Positions 1 through 8,420 are shown, counted from the stretch's first letter. The stretch: 41,087 nucleotides of DNA from a virus (IMGVR_UViG_3300031949_000413:1-41087); one strand, 5' to 3'. Notes: generated by a model from the letters alone, not told the origin. Numbers and translations: made by a program.

Positions 1-273
1 TGAACATTCGGACTAGTTCAGGTGACATCTGCATGGGCGGTACTCCATTCCAATTCACGAGCGACTTGGGCATTGAACATTCGGACTAGTTCAGGTGACA
101 TCTGCATGGGCGGTACTCCATTCCAATTCACGAGCGACTTGGGCATTGAACATTCGGACTAGTTCAGGTGACATCTGCATGGGCGGTACTCCATTCCAAT
201 TCACGAGCGACTTGGGCATTGAACATTCGGACTAGTTCAGGTGACATCTGCATGGGCGGTACTCCATTCCAAT
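1..273. repeat. Exact tandem repeat, 73-bp unit, 3 full copies plus a 54-bp partial copy; may continue beyond the window start
   Basis: Units start at 1, 74, 147 and 220 (TGAACATTCGGACTAGTTCAGG...GACTTGGGCAT) and are identical with no spacers. The fourth copy diverges after position 273. Confidence 0.97.
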
Positions 274-292
274 CCACGTGTGGACTAGACAT

Positions 293-321
293 AGTATAAT
301 TTACATAGTTCCGAATGTCAA
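293..321 (-). promoter_or_regulatory. sigma70-type promoter pointing into the 73-bp array
   Basis: Minus strand TTGACA (321-316), 17-bp spacer, TATACT (298-293). Confidence 0.7.
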
Positions 322-341
322 TAAGTAGTATCATAAACGCA

Positions 342-374
342 AACAGGCCCGAATCCCTATAGGTCGGGCCTGTT
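342..374 (-). terminator. Candidate intrinsic terminator after the MTase genes
   Basis: 11-bp inverted repeat AACAGGCCCGA (342-352) / TCGGGCCTGTT (364-374), with a weak T-rich tail on the minus strand (TGTTTGCGTTT). Confidence 0.5.
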
Positions 375-456
375 CCACGCTGGCCGTCCAGTGGGCGTCT
401 GCGTTTGGCCGCTGGCATTGGGTGACAGTCTACCACAAATGCCAATATGGGTAAAC

Positions 457-1326
457 TTAAATCTTATGGAACATCTTACCCTGTATGGGTATTGGCTCTT
501 GGAACATCGGGGATAACTGCGACAGCCTTAAATGGGACTCGCGGATGTAATTCTCACTGATGTCGATACCGATAAAACGACGCCCTAAAGAGATAGCAGC
601 CATTCCGGTAGTGGATATGCCACAGAATGGGTCTAGAATGATGTCACCTACAAATGAGAACAACTGTATTAGTCGTGCTGGAATGTCTATCGGGAATGGC
701 GCTGGATGCAATTTGTCCCTTACGCCGTTCAACTGCCATATTCCCTCAGATACCATATTGAACATCTGGCGACTGATGCGACTGGCCTCTCTGATAGCAG
801 GTTCCACTACTCTCTTACCGGGCTTGCGAAACACTAGGATGTACTCAAAGTTGTTGATGATAGGGATGTCCGATGGGAAAGGATACGAACCCAGCATCAT
901 GGATGCACCACCAGAGGCATGTGCCGACCGTATCTTTTGCCAAATAATGCTACCCTTGTAGTCAAACCCTATACGAACACACTCCTCGATCAATCTGGCA
1001 TGGGTATGTAGGCAGATGTTTCTTCCGATAACCTTTGGCGATACGTGCTTGTCATCTACATTCAGGCACAGCCGACCACCAGCCACTAGCTTGTCATACA
1101 CCAGCCGACATACATCGACCAGAGCATCACAGTATTTGTCCCACGTCTCAGAATACTCTATGTTGCCATTTTGGGTATCATAGTCGATATGGATACTATT
1201 GTAGTACGGTGGAGAGAATACCGATAGGCCAATCGAGCCATCATTTATCTCTTGTAAGATAACACGACTGTCGCCACAGTACAGATCGTAGTTAGTCTCT
1301 TGGTAAGTCGGCGCTATGCCCATCAA
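457..1326 (-). CDS. DNA methyltransferase, beta-class N4-C/N6-A (orphan)
   Basis: FSPPY catalytic motif precedes HPAPFP and the DPFCG SAM-binding motif. Confidence 0.9.
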   Translation of the reverse strand: MMGIAPTYQETNYDLYCGDSRVILQEINDGSIGLSVFSPPYYNSIHIDYDTQNGNIEYSETWDKYCDALVDVCRLVYDKLVAGGRLCLNVDDKHVSPKVIGRNICLHTHARLIEECVRIGFDYKGSIIWQKIRSAHASGGASMMLGSYPFPSDIPIINNFEYILVFRKPGKRVVEPAIREASRISRQMFNMVSEGIWQLNGVRDKLHPAPFPIDIPARLIQLFSFVGDIILDPFCGISTTGMAAISLGRRFIGIDISENYIRESHLRLSQLSPMFQEPIPIQGKMFHKI

Positions 1327-2753
1327 AACATCTTCACCTGTACCGCCGACGTTCGCCCGCTGGCATTATCGGCCAGATACTTATAACTCAAGTCCAGCCC
1401 TACAGCACTACGCTGTAGGGACATGGCAACTTTAACGGTTGTGCCACTACCGACAAAAGGATCGAGAACAATGGACTTACCTGTACCAGTGTTGTCGTGT
1501 TTGCAGGTGGTACGCCAGCCAGTAATCTTTGTGCGTTTCTGATCATTGTACTCTCTACCACTCAGTTTCCTTTGCTTGTCTTTCCGACTAGCGTCCACAT
1601 GCCTAACACCAATATCTACAATTTCAGGCTCGTATGGAGTTTCTTCTACCACCGTCTCCCAGGGAGTATTACATATCTCACAAGTTCTTTCCGAGCTACC
1701 CGCACGCACAAATGGCTCGATCATACTACTAGGAAACGTCGCGTAATGTTTGCCTTCATAGCCTTCCGTGTTGAATACCGATGCCATAATGTCGCCGTCC
1801 AAGTCAGTCAACAGTCCTGTGCCATTATCCCGAATACGGCGCAATTCTTTCAGGAATAACTCAACACCCTTAATGTAGTCGTCTAGTCCCGCTACGAATG
1901 TGTCAGAAGTACGATAAGTACGGCTCGTTTGACTCTTGGCCTTGTCACTACCAAAATACTCACTCATATGGTTTTGCGGGCCGTCTACATAGTCTCTATC
2001 TTCATTCCCATGCCAGCCTGATTGGTTGCGCCTGATACTTTCGCCCTTTAATGGGATGGTAATAGCATGATGATCCCAATAGTAGTGTCTGGACTTAGAG
2101 AATAAGAACCAATACTCGTGAGAGGTGGTGGGGCGATCTTGTTGGCTACCCGGCATCGTGTTCCACTTGAGCCAATTGAACGCCTGTCTCAAAAACCAAC
2201 CATCTTGCTGGAGCGCCATTGCCACTGTCCAACTAACAGGAATAAGGTCTTTGGGCTTGAAGTCCTGCACATCAGTTGGCATTAGTCCGATACTGCCGAT
2301 ATTGGTGTGCTGCTTTGTTCCAGTCCGGTCATACCATGTACCATTGCCATTATATCCCTTCTGAGAGCCATTGTAGCAATCAGCCAAGTTTAGCAATAAC
2401 ACACCATCCTTGCGAAGCACACGTTTGACTTCTCTAAAGACTGCTACAAGGTTATCGGTATATTCCTGTAAGGACGACTCAGCACCAATCTGTGCATCTA
2501 CCCGTTGCGCACCACACAGCCTACATGTTCTGCCAATAGGATCGCGCGACGATCTTTTATTGATAGCCGACTTAGAGCCAGCCATAGACTCACCACGTCG
2601 TATGGCGGTATGTTCACAGTTCGGATCACCGCCCTCCCATCTAGCCGAATCGTATTGGCGCAAGTTGAAATACGGAGGAGAGGTCAAACACATCTGCGCC
2701 ACTCCATCCGCCAGCGGTATCCGTCTTGAATCAGCATTAGCTAGGACAATCAT
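1323..2753 (-). CDS. DNA methyltransferase, beta-class N4-C/N6-A, with Cys-rich insertions
   Basis: TSPPY, HYATFP and DPFVGSGTT motifs; inserts CEH...CRLCG and CEIC...CKH. Confidence 0.9.
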   Translation of the reverse strand: MIVLANADSRRIPLADGVAQMCLTSPPYFNLRQYDSARWEGGDPNCEHTAIRRGESMAGSKSAINKRSSRDPIGRTCRLCGAQRVDAQIGAESSLQEYTDNLVAVFREVKRVLRKDGVLLLNLADCYNGSQKGYNGNGTWYDRTGTKQHTNIGSIGLMPTDVQDFKPKDLIPVSWTVAMALQQDGWFLRQAFNWLKWNTMPGSQQDRPTTSHEYWFLFSKSRHYYWDHHAITIPLKGESIRRNQSGWHGNEDRDYVDGPQNHMSEYFGSDKAKSQTSRTYRTSDTFVAGLDDYIKGVELFLKELRRIRDNGTGLLTDLDGDIMASVFNTEGYEGKHYATFPSSMIEPFVRAGSSERTCEICNTPWETVVEETPYEPEIVDIGVRHVDASRKDKQRKLSGREYNDQKRTKITGWRTTCKHDNTGTGKSIVLDPFVGSGTTVKVAMSLQRSAVGLDLSYKYLADNASGRTSAVQVKMF

Positions 2754-2968
2754 GTGTTAGCCCTGTCGCTATCGCCACAAACCGATAACATATTATGAGC
2801 GCACATCCGAGCTTTGGTTACGTCCTGAATTAACTCCTGTATGGACTGTGCCTCAGAACCCTGTATGCCAATACCGCGATCATCGTCATACATAGATAAC
2901 ACTGCATCAAGATGACTAATAACCCTTCTTAAATTGGCTATTTTGCCTTTAGTATTCATGGTGTCCAT
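2750..2968 (-). CDS. Hypothetical protein
   Basis: 72-aa ORF whose stop overlaps the next start (ATGA). Confidence 0.6.
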   Translation of the reverse strand: MDTMNTKGKIANLRRVISHLDAVLSMYDDDRGIGIQGSEAQSIQELIQDVTKARMCAHNMLSVCGDSDRANT

Positions 2969-2989
2969 ACAGTCCTATAGGAAGAAATT

Positions 2990-3200
2990 CGGCAGTCGGT
3001 ACCATTATCCCGTGTGCCCGTGGAGTCCACACTAGATATGGCGTCGGTGACTCACGTAAACACCATATCCAGCACACGAATTGACGTTTCATCGACAGGC
3101 TGAGCCGCGCCATTGCTGGCAGCAACTGAACTCCCATCTCCACGTCCGTTTAGACTCTCGTCGTAATTCGGCGCGAGTTGGGCTAAATTGATAGCCGCAT
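2990..3200 (-). ncRNA. Putative TnpB omega-RNA / transposon right end (boundaries approximate)
   Basis: Nested stems overlapping the tnpB 3' end: 3032-3044 with 3060-3072, and 3011-3017 with 3072-3078, plus a small GTGG-ACT-CCAC hairpin. TnpB omegaRNAs are known to lie at this position. Confidence 0.5.
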
Positions 3201-4269
3201 TGATGTCTCGGTCTAGCCATGTCCCACACTGTGGGCATACCCAGTCCCGATCCGATAAAGTCAGACCATCGTTCTTGTATCTGCAGACATGACAGAGCTT
3301 GGACGACGGGTAGAAGCGTGGCGCTATGATTAAGTCGCCACCATACCACTTCATTTTGTACTCTAGTTGTCTGCGAATCTCATAGAATCCAACATCCGAT
3401 ATAGCACGTGCCAGATGGTGATTGGCGACCATGCCCGACACATTCAAGTCTTCAATCACAACCGTTTGCTTGGTTTTCGCAATACTGGTTGTAACCTTAT
3501 GAATGAAATCGGCTCGGATATTTGAGATTCTGTAGTGTAACTTGTTTAGTTTTCTGACGGCCACCTTTCTGCGGTTGCTACCGCGCTGTTTTCTCGATAG
3601 CGACTTGTTGAGTTTCCTGAGTTTAAGAGTGTATCGGTTTAGTGGCTTGGGAGCATCGAATGTGTCGCCATCACTCGTCACAATAGCACTTTTAATTCCC
3701 AAGTCCATCCCGACAGTTTCGATCTTGTCTATAGGCTGAATGTCTACTTCACACAGACATGAGATAAACCAGCGGCCACCACGAGTGCTAACTGTGGCAC
3801 TTGTTACACGTGAATTGACCGGGATATATCCATGTTCTTTCAGTTTCAAGACACCAAATTTCTGAATCTGGACAGTGTTATCAGTAATCTTGATAGTCCC
3901 GAAAGTGGTAAACGATCCAACGCCATCACGCTTCTTGCTGAACTTCGGGAATCCGACTTTCTTACCGCGTTTGCCCTGTTTGACACGTCTAAAGAAGTGC
4001 TTGTACGCCTGGTCTAGGTCACGGGCAGCGCCTTCTTCGGTTCGGCTTGATATTTCTGAGTACCATTCGAGGGTTGGCTTGACTTCAGCGCGGAACTTCT
4101 TAACTAGATCGTATGCTGATGGTTTCTTTAGGCCACTTTCCCGTGCGAAAATACACTGGGCCAGCATCCAGTTGTAGACGAATCGACGTGCGCCAGCATG
4201 TTTCCGGCACAGAATCTCCTGTTCCGGTACAAGGTCTAGCTCTACCTTGAATGCTTTCTTAACCATCAT
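3052..4269 (-). CDS. tnpB: RNA-guided endonuclease TnpB
   Basis: N-terminal KAFKVELD...HAGARRFVYNW, RuvC-I GMDLG, RuvC-II VIEDL, Zn ribbon CHVC/CPQC, RuvC-III DRDINAA. Start placed at the ATG at 4269; the ORF track extends to a GTG at 4284. Confidence 0.95.
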   Translation of the reverse strand: MMVKKAFKVELDLVPEQEILCRKHAGARRFVYNWMLAQCIFARESGLKKPSAYDLVKKFRAEVKPTLEWYSEISSRTEEGAARDLDQAYKHFFRRVKQGKRGKKVGFPKFSKKRDGVGSFTTFGTIKITDNTVQIQKFGVLKLKEHGYIPVNSRVTSATVSTRGGRWFISCLCEVDIQPIDKIETVGMDLGIKSAIVTSDGDTFDAPKPLNRYTLKLRKLNKSLSRKQRGSNRRKVAVRKLNKLHYRISNIRADFIHKVTTSIAKTKQTVVIEDLNVSGMVANHHLARAISDVGFYEIRRQLEYKMKWYGGDLIIAPRFYPSSKLCHVCRYKNDGLTLSDRDWVCPQCGTWLDRDINAAINLAQLAPNYDESLNGRGDGSSVAASNGAAQPVDETSIRVLDMVFT

Positions 4270-4279
4270 AAAATAAAGC

Positions 4280-4379
4280 CCCACACTTCTCGCGGTGTAG
4301 ATTGTCTAGGTCTGCGCCGTTTTGCTGAGAAATGTGGGACGGTACTACCACACATGAAAACAGCGCCAGAGCCTAGACA
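4280..4379 (-). ncRNA. Structured 5' leader / left end of the tnpB element with pseudoknot-compatible pairing
   Basis: About 21-bp stem (4357-4379 with 4303-4323). A loop segment at 4327-4338 pairs over 12 bp (one G-U) with 4280-4291. Confidence 0.5.
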
Positions 4380-4384
4380 CCGTT

Positions 4385-4412
4385 ATTATATATCAATAGA
4401 TAATAAAGTCAA
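4385..4412 (-). promoter_or_regulatory. sigma70-type promoter for tnpB
   Basis: TTGACT (4412-4407), 16-bp spacer, TATAAT (4390-4385). Confidence 0.65.
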
Positions 4413-4574
4413 ATAGCCTATAAGTCATACCCTGCTTCCACTTCGATAAGTCCCGGTGGTCGATCTCCAGTCGCCAATAAACCTGCCACCCGTGCCATCC
4501 CTATTTCGTTCCTTTCTTGCCCGGTGTCCCTATCTTAGCACGCTACCACGATAGGAGACAATGAGAAGTTAGTC

Positions 4575-5300
4575 CTAACCGAATAGCGACATCTGCTCGA
4601 CATCATGTGTCTCTGTGCCCGACAGCATAAATAGGCGCTCAATGCGATGATCCTTCTTACCACCTACACACATATCAGTCTTGACTAGCATTTCCTTGAC
4701 ACACACGAAGTCTTGTGGCGCAGAATATTCACTGACGACTACCGTATTGTTTATAGACCACTGTCGCATCACATTCCAAAACTCGTCTGAGTCAAAGTAT
4801 CCAACAGCGTCATAGCCAGTCATGCCGCTATAGGGCGGATCACAGTAAACCAATTCTCCATGTGGTCTGTAATCCCTATAGTCACCGCTACAGAATTTGA
4901 CGCCGACAATGCGACCAGCCTTGTACATAACAGAATTCTTAGCATTACTAACGTAATTGCGAACTTCGCTAGACGCCAATCCCCCAAACCACTTGCCAGC
5001 AAACGAACATCCAAATCCAGCGAATGCTGTTAATGGGTCATTGTCATCTCTGGTATTTTTGACACGCTCATATTCGTCTTCAGACATATCATGTGGCGGT
5101 ATCCATCCATTCTGTAGTGCCTTATACATTGTTATAAGAGCCACATTCGCATCGCTGGCAACACGTGGATTCTTCATGCCCTGTAGTACCCACGCACCAC
5201 CGACAAATGGCTCAAAATAGACCTGTCCGGGCTGGCGAACATGCCACAGAAAGTTGCATATCTGTCGCCACGTTCTCGCCTTGCCACCAAAGTAATGCAT
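4575..5300 (-). CDS. DNA adenine methyltransferase, Dam-like alpha class (orphan)
   Basis: YFGGK, YFEPFVGG and VYCDPPY motifs. Confidence 0.9.
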   Translation of the reverse strand: MHYFGGKARTWRQICNFLWHVRQPGQVYFEPFVGGAWVLQGMKNPRVASDANVALITMYKALQNGWIPPHDMSEDEYERVKNTRDDNDPLTAFAGFGCSFAGKWFGGLASSEVRNYVSNAKNSVMYKAGRIVGVKFCSGDYRDYRPHGELVYCDPPYSGMTGYDAVGYFDSDEFWNVMRQWSINNTVVVSEYSAPQDFVCVKEMLVKTDMCVGGKKDHRIERLFMLSGTETHDVEQMSLFG

Positions 5301-5370
5301 ACGCCCATTATGCCACAGCCCGGCATGGAATGGTATAGCACATTAGTCCTATAAACAAAAATGACGCCTT

Positions 5371-5640
5371 TCAGCGCCACTCTAAGATGTCTCTGTAGTC
5401 AAGTTCTGGCCTCCAATGTGTCTGTCCTGGTCGTATGATGATCGGGTGCGCCAGCTCTTTCCAGGGTTTCCACCAGTTCGCGCATTTTCTGTCAATCACA
5501 AAGTGATACGCATGGGGTGGCTTATATGGCTCTTGGCAGATAGGACAAACCCAACAGTCGCGTTTGTAATCAAACACACGAGCGATCTTGTCACAGTCAT
5601 GCGCCTGGGTGAGAACTGTTCCTTTGGGATAGTGGGTCAT
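5371..5640 (-). CDS. Hypothetical protein with a CPIC motif
   Basis: Part of track ORF 5371-5700; ATG at 5640 chosen. Confidence 0.55.
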   Translation of the reverse strand: MTHYPKGTVLTQAHDCDKIARVFDYKRDCWVCPICQEPYKPPHAYHFVIDRKCANWWKPWKELAHPIIIRPGQTHWRPELDYRDILEWR

Positions 5641-5857
5641 TAGTGTATTCTCGTATGATGTGACGTGCCAGCGCCACATCGCCTTGCAGGTCTCCTTCAA
5701 AACTCTCGGACGCCAACTCCGACAATACTCTGCGTATCTGTCGGCGCACTTCCGTGGCTTCCATCATATAGCCTTTATATGCATCCATCATCGTAAAGGC
5801 TACAATACATATCATTCTGTTCGCTAAGTCTATCTCAGCAGGCTGTCGTAGTAACAC

Positions 5858-5885
5858 TTGACATAACCCAGTCTACAGCCAGACT
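5858..5885 (+). promoter_or_regulatory. Promoter/operator motif copy, antisense to the local genes
   Basis: TTGACA-N16-CAGACT containing the box AGTCT-ACAGCC-AGACT (5870-5885). Confidence 0.5.
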
Positions 5886-5887
5886 AA

Positions 5888-6061
5888 CTAATATGACTCA
5901 ACTGCATACTCGTTGTCCCAATCCTCGCGCTTATTCTCTAGCTCATTCCACAACGACTGTGGCACTTCTTCGTGCGGGTGCTTATTGATCCACCACTTGA
6001 TATAGTTTTCAGAAGCAATGAACTCTTTAAGCTCTTCCGAGACCTTATTTGACTTGTCCAC
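5888..6061 (-). CDS. Hypothetical protein, 57 aa (not in the ORF track)
   Basis: GGAGG RBS and GTG start; MDKSNKVSEELKEF...AVESY*. Confidence 0.6.
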   Translation of the reverse strand: MDKSNKVSEELKEFIASENYIKWWINKHPHEEVPQSLWNELENKREDWDNEYAVESY

Positions 6062-6063
6062 TA

Positions 6064-6264
6064 TTAGCCTCCCTGCTTCTTAATGGCACTCAAGATACTA
6101 ATGGCTATTTGGCGCATCCTGTAATCATAAGACTTATCTGGTTTGTATTTCCCACGCACATAGTCGCCAACATACCAACCAAACCCGTCTGATAACCAAT
6201 ACTCGTTATTCTCCAAAGCCTTAATAACGGCCCGTATTTCTTCTTCGGTAAACTCAGCCATCAA
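6064..6264 (-). CDS. Hypothetical protein
   Basis: 66-aa ORF coupled to the upstream gene (ATGA overlap). Confidence 0.6.
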   Translation of the reverse strand: MMAEFTEEEIRAVIKALENNEYWLSDGFGWYVGDYVRGKYKPDKSYDYRMRQIAISILSAIKKQGG

Positions 6265-7001
6265 TACCCTCCATACAGGCCATTGAGGTAATGTGCTATA
6301 CCCAAATGTTGTCTATCATACTGGTGGATCGCCGGTGCAAACTTTCCATCCACGTACAGCACGCCCTCATCAAACCGATACTGATACAAGCCTGTCGCCA
6401 CACCCAGTGTCCACACTGTATCACCATTAGGATGAATCTTACAGTGCAGTAAGTCACTTCTTACTGCGTAATTCAGCATGGCCTGATCCATCTTGTCGCC
6501 CTGCGTCATCACAAACTGACACCACTGTAGTAGTGATTCGCTATCACCCCAGATCGTTCCGGCACACAGGATCGGGTGTGGCAAACACCTGTCCAGTATA
6601 TCTTGACCATAATACTTTAGCAACCAGTCACCATTAGACTGCATTTCTTCGGCAACTGTTATGGCTTCTTCCGTAACGTGTAGTCCGTCTTTAAGGTAAT
6701 ACTTGATGTTGTCCTGAAAGACAGTATCTCGCGTATCTGCTATGAACACGCGCTCGTACTTTGGCAGTTCATCCACATACCAGTACCAGCGTCTAGCAAA
6801 GAACTGAACAGGGTGAGCCGCTACACCATACACCCATCTTACGCCCCACTCATCCATCTTCTTCTGTTCAGGCTCATCGAACCACTTGGTAAACAATACA
6901 ATATCGTCGTCATAGCCATTACTTCTAAGGCTAACGACAAAGTTACGTATATCAGACCATTTGTATCTTACAGCCGTTCCGAATACAGCAGTATTAGTCA
7001 C
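6261..7001 (-). CDS. Putative GT-A fold glycosyltransferase
   Basis: VFIADTRDTVFQ DxD-like motif, ILCAGTIWG and DQAMLNY, as seen in nucleotide-diphospho-sugar transferases. Confidence 0.6.
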   Translation of the reverse strand: MTNTAVFGTAVRYKWSDIRNFVVSLRSNGYDDDIVLFTKWFDEPEQKKMDEWGVRWVYGVAAHPVQFFARRWYWYVDELPKYERVFIADTRDTVFQDNIKYYLKDGLHVTEEAITVAEEMQSNGDWLLKYYGQDILDRCLPHPILCAGTIWGDSESLLQWCQFVMTQGDKMDQAMLNYAVRSDLLHCKIHPNGDTVWTLGVATGLYQYRFDEGVLYVDGKFAPAIHQYDRQHLGIAHYLNGLYGGY

Positions 7002-7029
7002 GCGACTATACTTTCCACATCGCTAGACT

Positions 7030-7197
7030 TTAGTCGGAAGAAGATACAATACTAGACTCATATTCCATCTGAAGATCAATGTCAACATCCACAAAGCTAT
7101 CGTTCCCAATAGCCTCCAGGTGTTGATGTTCTTCACCATCAGCAGCAATAACGATGAGCGAGATCGGATCACTTTGTAGATTAACTCTGCACTTCAT
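7030..7197 (-). CDS. Small acidic hypothetical protein, 55 aa
   Basis: AAGGA RBS before ATG 7197; this is the C-terminal part of track ORF 7030-7422. Confidence 0.5.
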   Translation of the reverse strand: MKCRVNLQSDPISLIVIAADGEEHQHLEAIGNDSFVDVDIDLQMEYESSIVSSSD

Positions 7198-7219
7198 TTG
7201 ATTTCCTTTCATGGGCAAT

Positions 7220-8290
7220 TTATGGCCCTCGCCACGTCTCCAAGCTCTGTCTAATGTTATCAGCCATCCATGGCTCGATCCTGCGCTGGTCATGACCGTC
7301 TTCAGTGGATAGCGGGCCACATACAAAACCTCGAATGCCTTCCGTCTTGGCCCGACCAGTAAAGTGTGGCAACCCTTCACAGTATTGCGAACCAACCCAC
7401 AACTGCGCCCCGTCTTGAACACGCTTCAGCGCCATTGCCTGCAAAGATGAACTCATATTGAAGTGTGCAAACCCAATCCAATTCACCTGTGTCGGCTTAA
7501 CCCGATCCATAATGATCTTCACAATATCTGGTATCAGGAAGTTGCCAGTTTGCAAACTGTCATGCCAACAGTGAGCCAGCATCATCCATGCCTCACTGCC
7601 ATAGTGTTCTACCAACATAGACTGTTGATGCACGACCTGTTCAACCAGCCTCTCTCTAAGCCACAGCCTTGTCTCTGGATGGCTATTCTCACGCCCAAAC
7701 ACAAAGACACCCGGCCTAACCTGTTCCCAACCCATGAAGTTAGCACCCTCGTTAGCATTAAAAGATGACAGCTTGCCATCAAAGCGGTATCTAGCCCACA
7801 CCTGAAATGCCTCGATAGCCTTTGGATCGAAGTAGCAGGGCGTATATGGCAACAGCGACTCACCGCCATGCGTACCACCTCTAATAACTTGTACAGGATA
7901 AGACCTGTAACGATCAATAGCCATTCTAATAAAGGCGTCGTGGTATGCTTGCGCTTCAGCGTGCCACGGCGAGAAGACACTGTACTCTGGTGAATATCCT
8001 CGGGGAATGCCCTCACCCGACCAGCAGTACCAATCGTCGGGCATACAGGCCGTTACACGGTTTGGTAACAACAACACCTTTAGGCCATTACTTATGCAAC
8101 TGTCCACTAATTCATCTGGCACAGACCAGTCGTAATGGCCCGGTGTCGTCTCAATGTGTATCCACTCTAAATTCCTGAGAACTGTCCTGACGCCCGCCGA
8201 TGCTATAGACACAAACCCATCACGAGTAATGGGCCGGTCTATGATGTCAAATATGATGATATGTTCGTCGTCTGCAATGAAGTTAGCCAT
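7220..8290 (-). CDS. Glycoside hydrolase-like TIM barrel (GH42/GH14-like), paralog A
   Basis: GVRTV..LEWIHIETTPGHYDWS..DELV...GLKV, THGGESLLPY, and AIEAFQVWARYRF..LSSFN. Confidence 0.65.
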   Translation of the reverse strand: MANFIADDEHIIIFDIIDRPITRDGFVSIASAGVRTVLRNLEWIHIETTPGHYDWSVPDELVDSCISNGLKVLLLPNRVTACMPDDWYCWSGEGIPRGYSPEYSVFSPWHAEAQAYHDAFIRMAIDRYRSYPVQVIRGGTHGGESLLPYTPCYFDPKAIEAFQVWARYRFDGKLSSFNANEGANFMGWEQVRPGVFVFGRENSHPETRLWLRERLVEQVVHQQSMLVEHYGSEAWMMLAHCWHDSLQTGNFLIPDIVKIIMDRVKPTQVNWIGFAHFNMSSSLQAMALKRVQDGAQLWVGSQYCEGLPHFTGRAKTEGIRGFVCGPLSTEDGHDQRRIEPWMADNIRQSLETWRGP

Positions 8291-8300
8291 GAAATTCTCT

Positions 8301-8414
8301 ATAGGTGGTAGGGCCGGGCGCTACTCCGGCTTCCCGGCTTATCCCTTGTGCGTTTAGGCCATGAGACCGGGGCCATGATACACGTGTCTGCTTTCCACGT
8401 CGCCCACCACCTAT
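8301..8414 (-). ncRNA. Candidate structured intergenic RNA
   Basis: Closing stem 8301-8314 with 8402-8414; internal hairpins ACGTG/CACGT and GCCGGG/CCCGGC. Confidence 0.45.
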
Positions 8415-8420
8415 CTAAAT

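Larger units (their letters stand above)
3010..4412 (-). mobile_element. IS200/IS605- or IS607-derived solo tnpB element (no TnpA); ends approximate
   Basis: tnpB is flanked by structured ends and there is no Y1 or serine transposase ORF adjacent. Confidence 0.5.

Noticed and set aside
1-273. CRISPR array or TIGR-like guide array
   Set aside because: The units are fully identical with no variable spacers, and no cas or Nop-domain gene was recognised in the window.
164-445. 93-aa ORF running into the repeat
   Set aside because: It has no RBS, crosses a terminator-like hairpin and a promoter, and terminates because the 73-bp unit shifts frame.
3052-4269. Cas12-type effector or nuclease-dead TnpB repressor (TldR)
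   Set aside because: The size (about 405 aa) and motifs are those of ordinary TnpB, there is no CRISPR array adjacent, and the RuvC D/E/D residues are intact.
4413-4574. TnpA transposase upstream of tnpB
   Set aside because: Only 160 bp are available, and no HUH or serine-recombinase ORF is present.
457-5300. Restriction-modification system
   Set aside because: No restriction endonuclease or specificity subunit is recognisable next to the MTases.
8301-8414. c-di-GMP-I riboswitch, SRP RNA or a known small ribozyme
   Set aside because: Only fragments (GGCCUAAAC, GUAGCG, GGAAAGCAG) resemble these families, and the required core order and stems are not reproduced. It is kept as an unassigned candidate.
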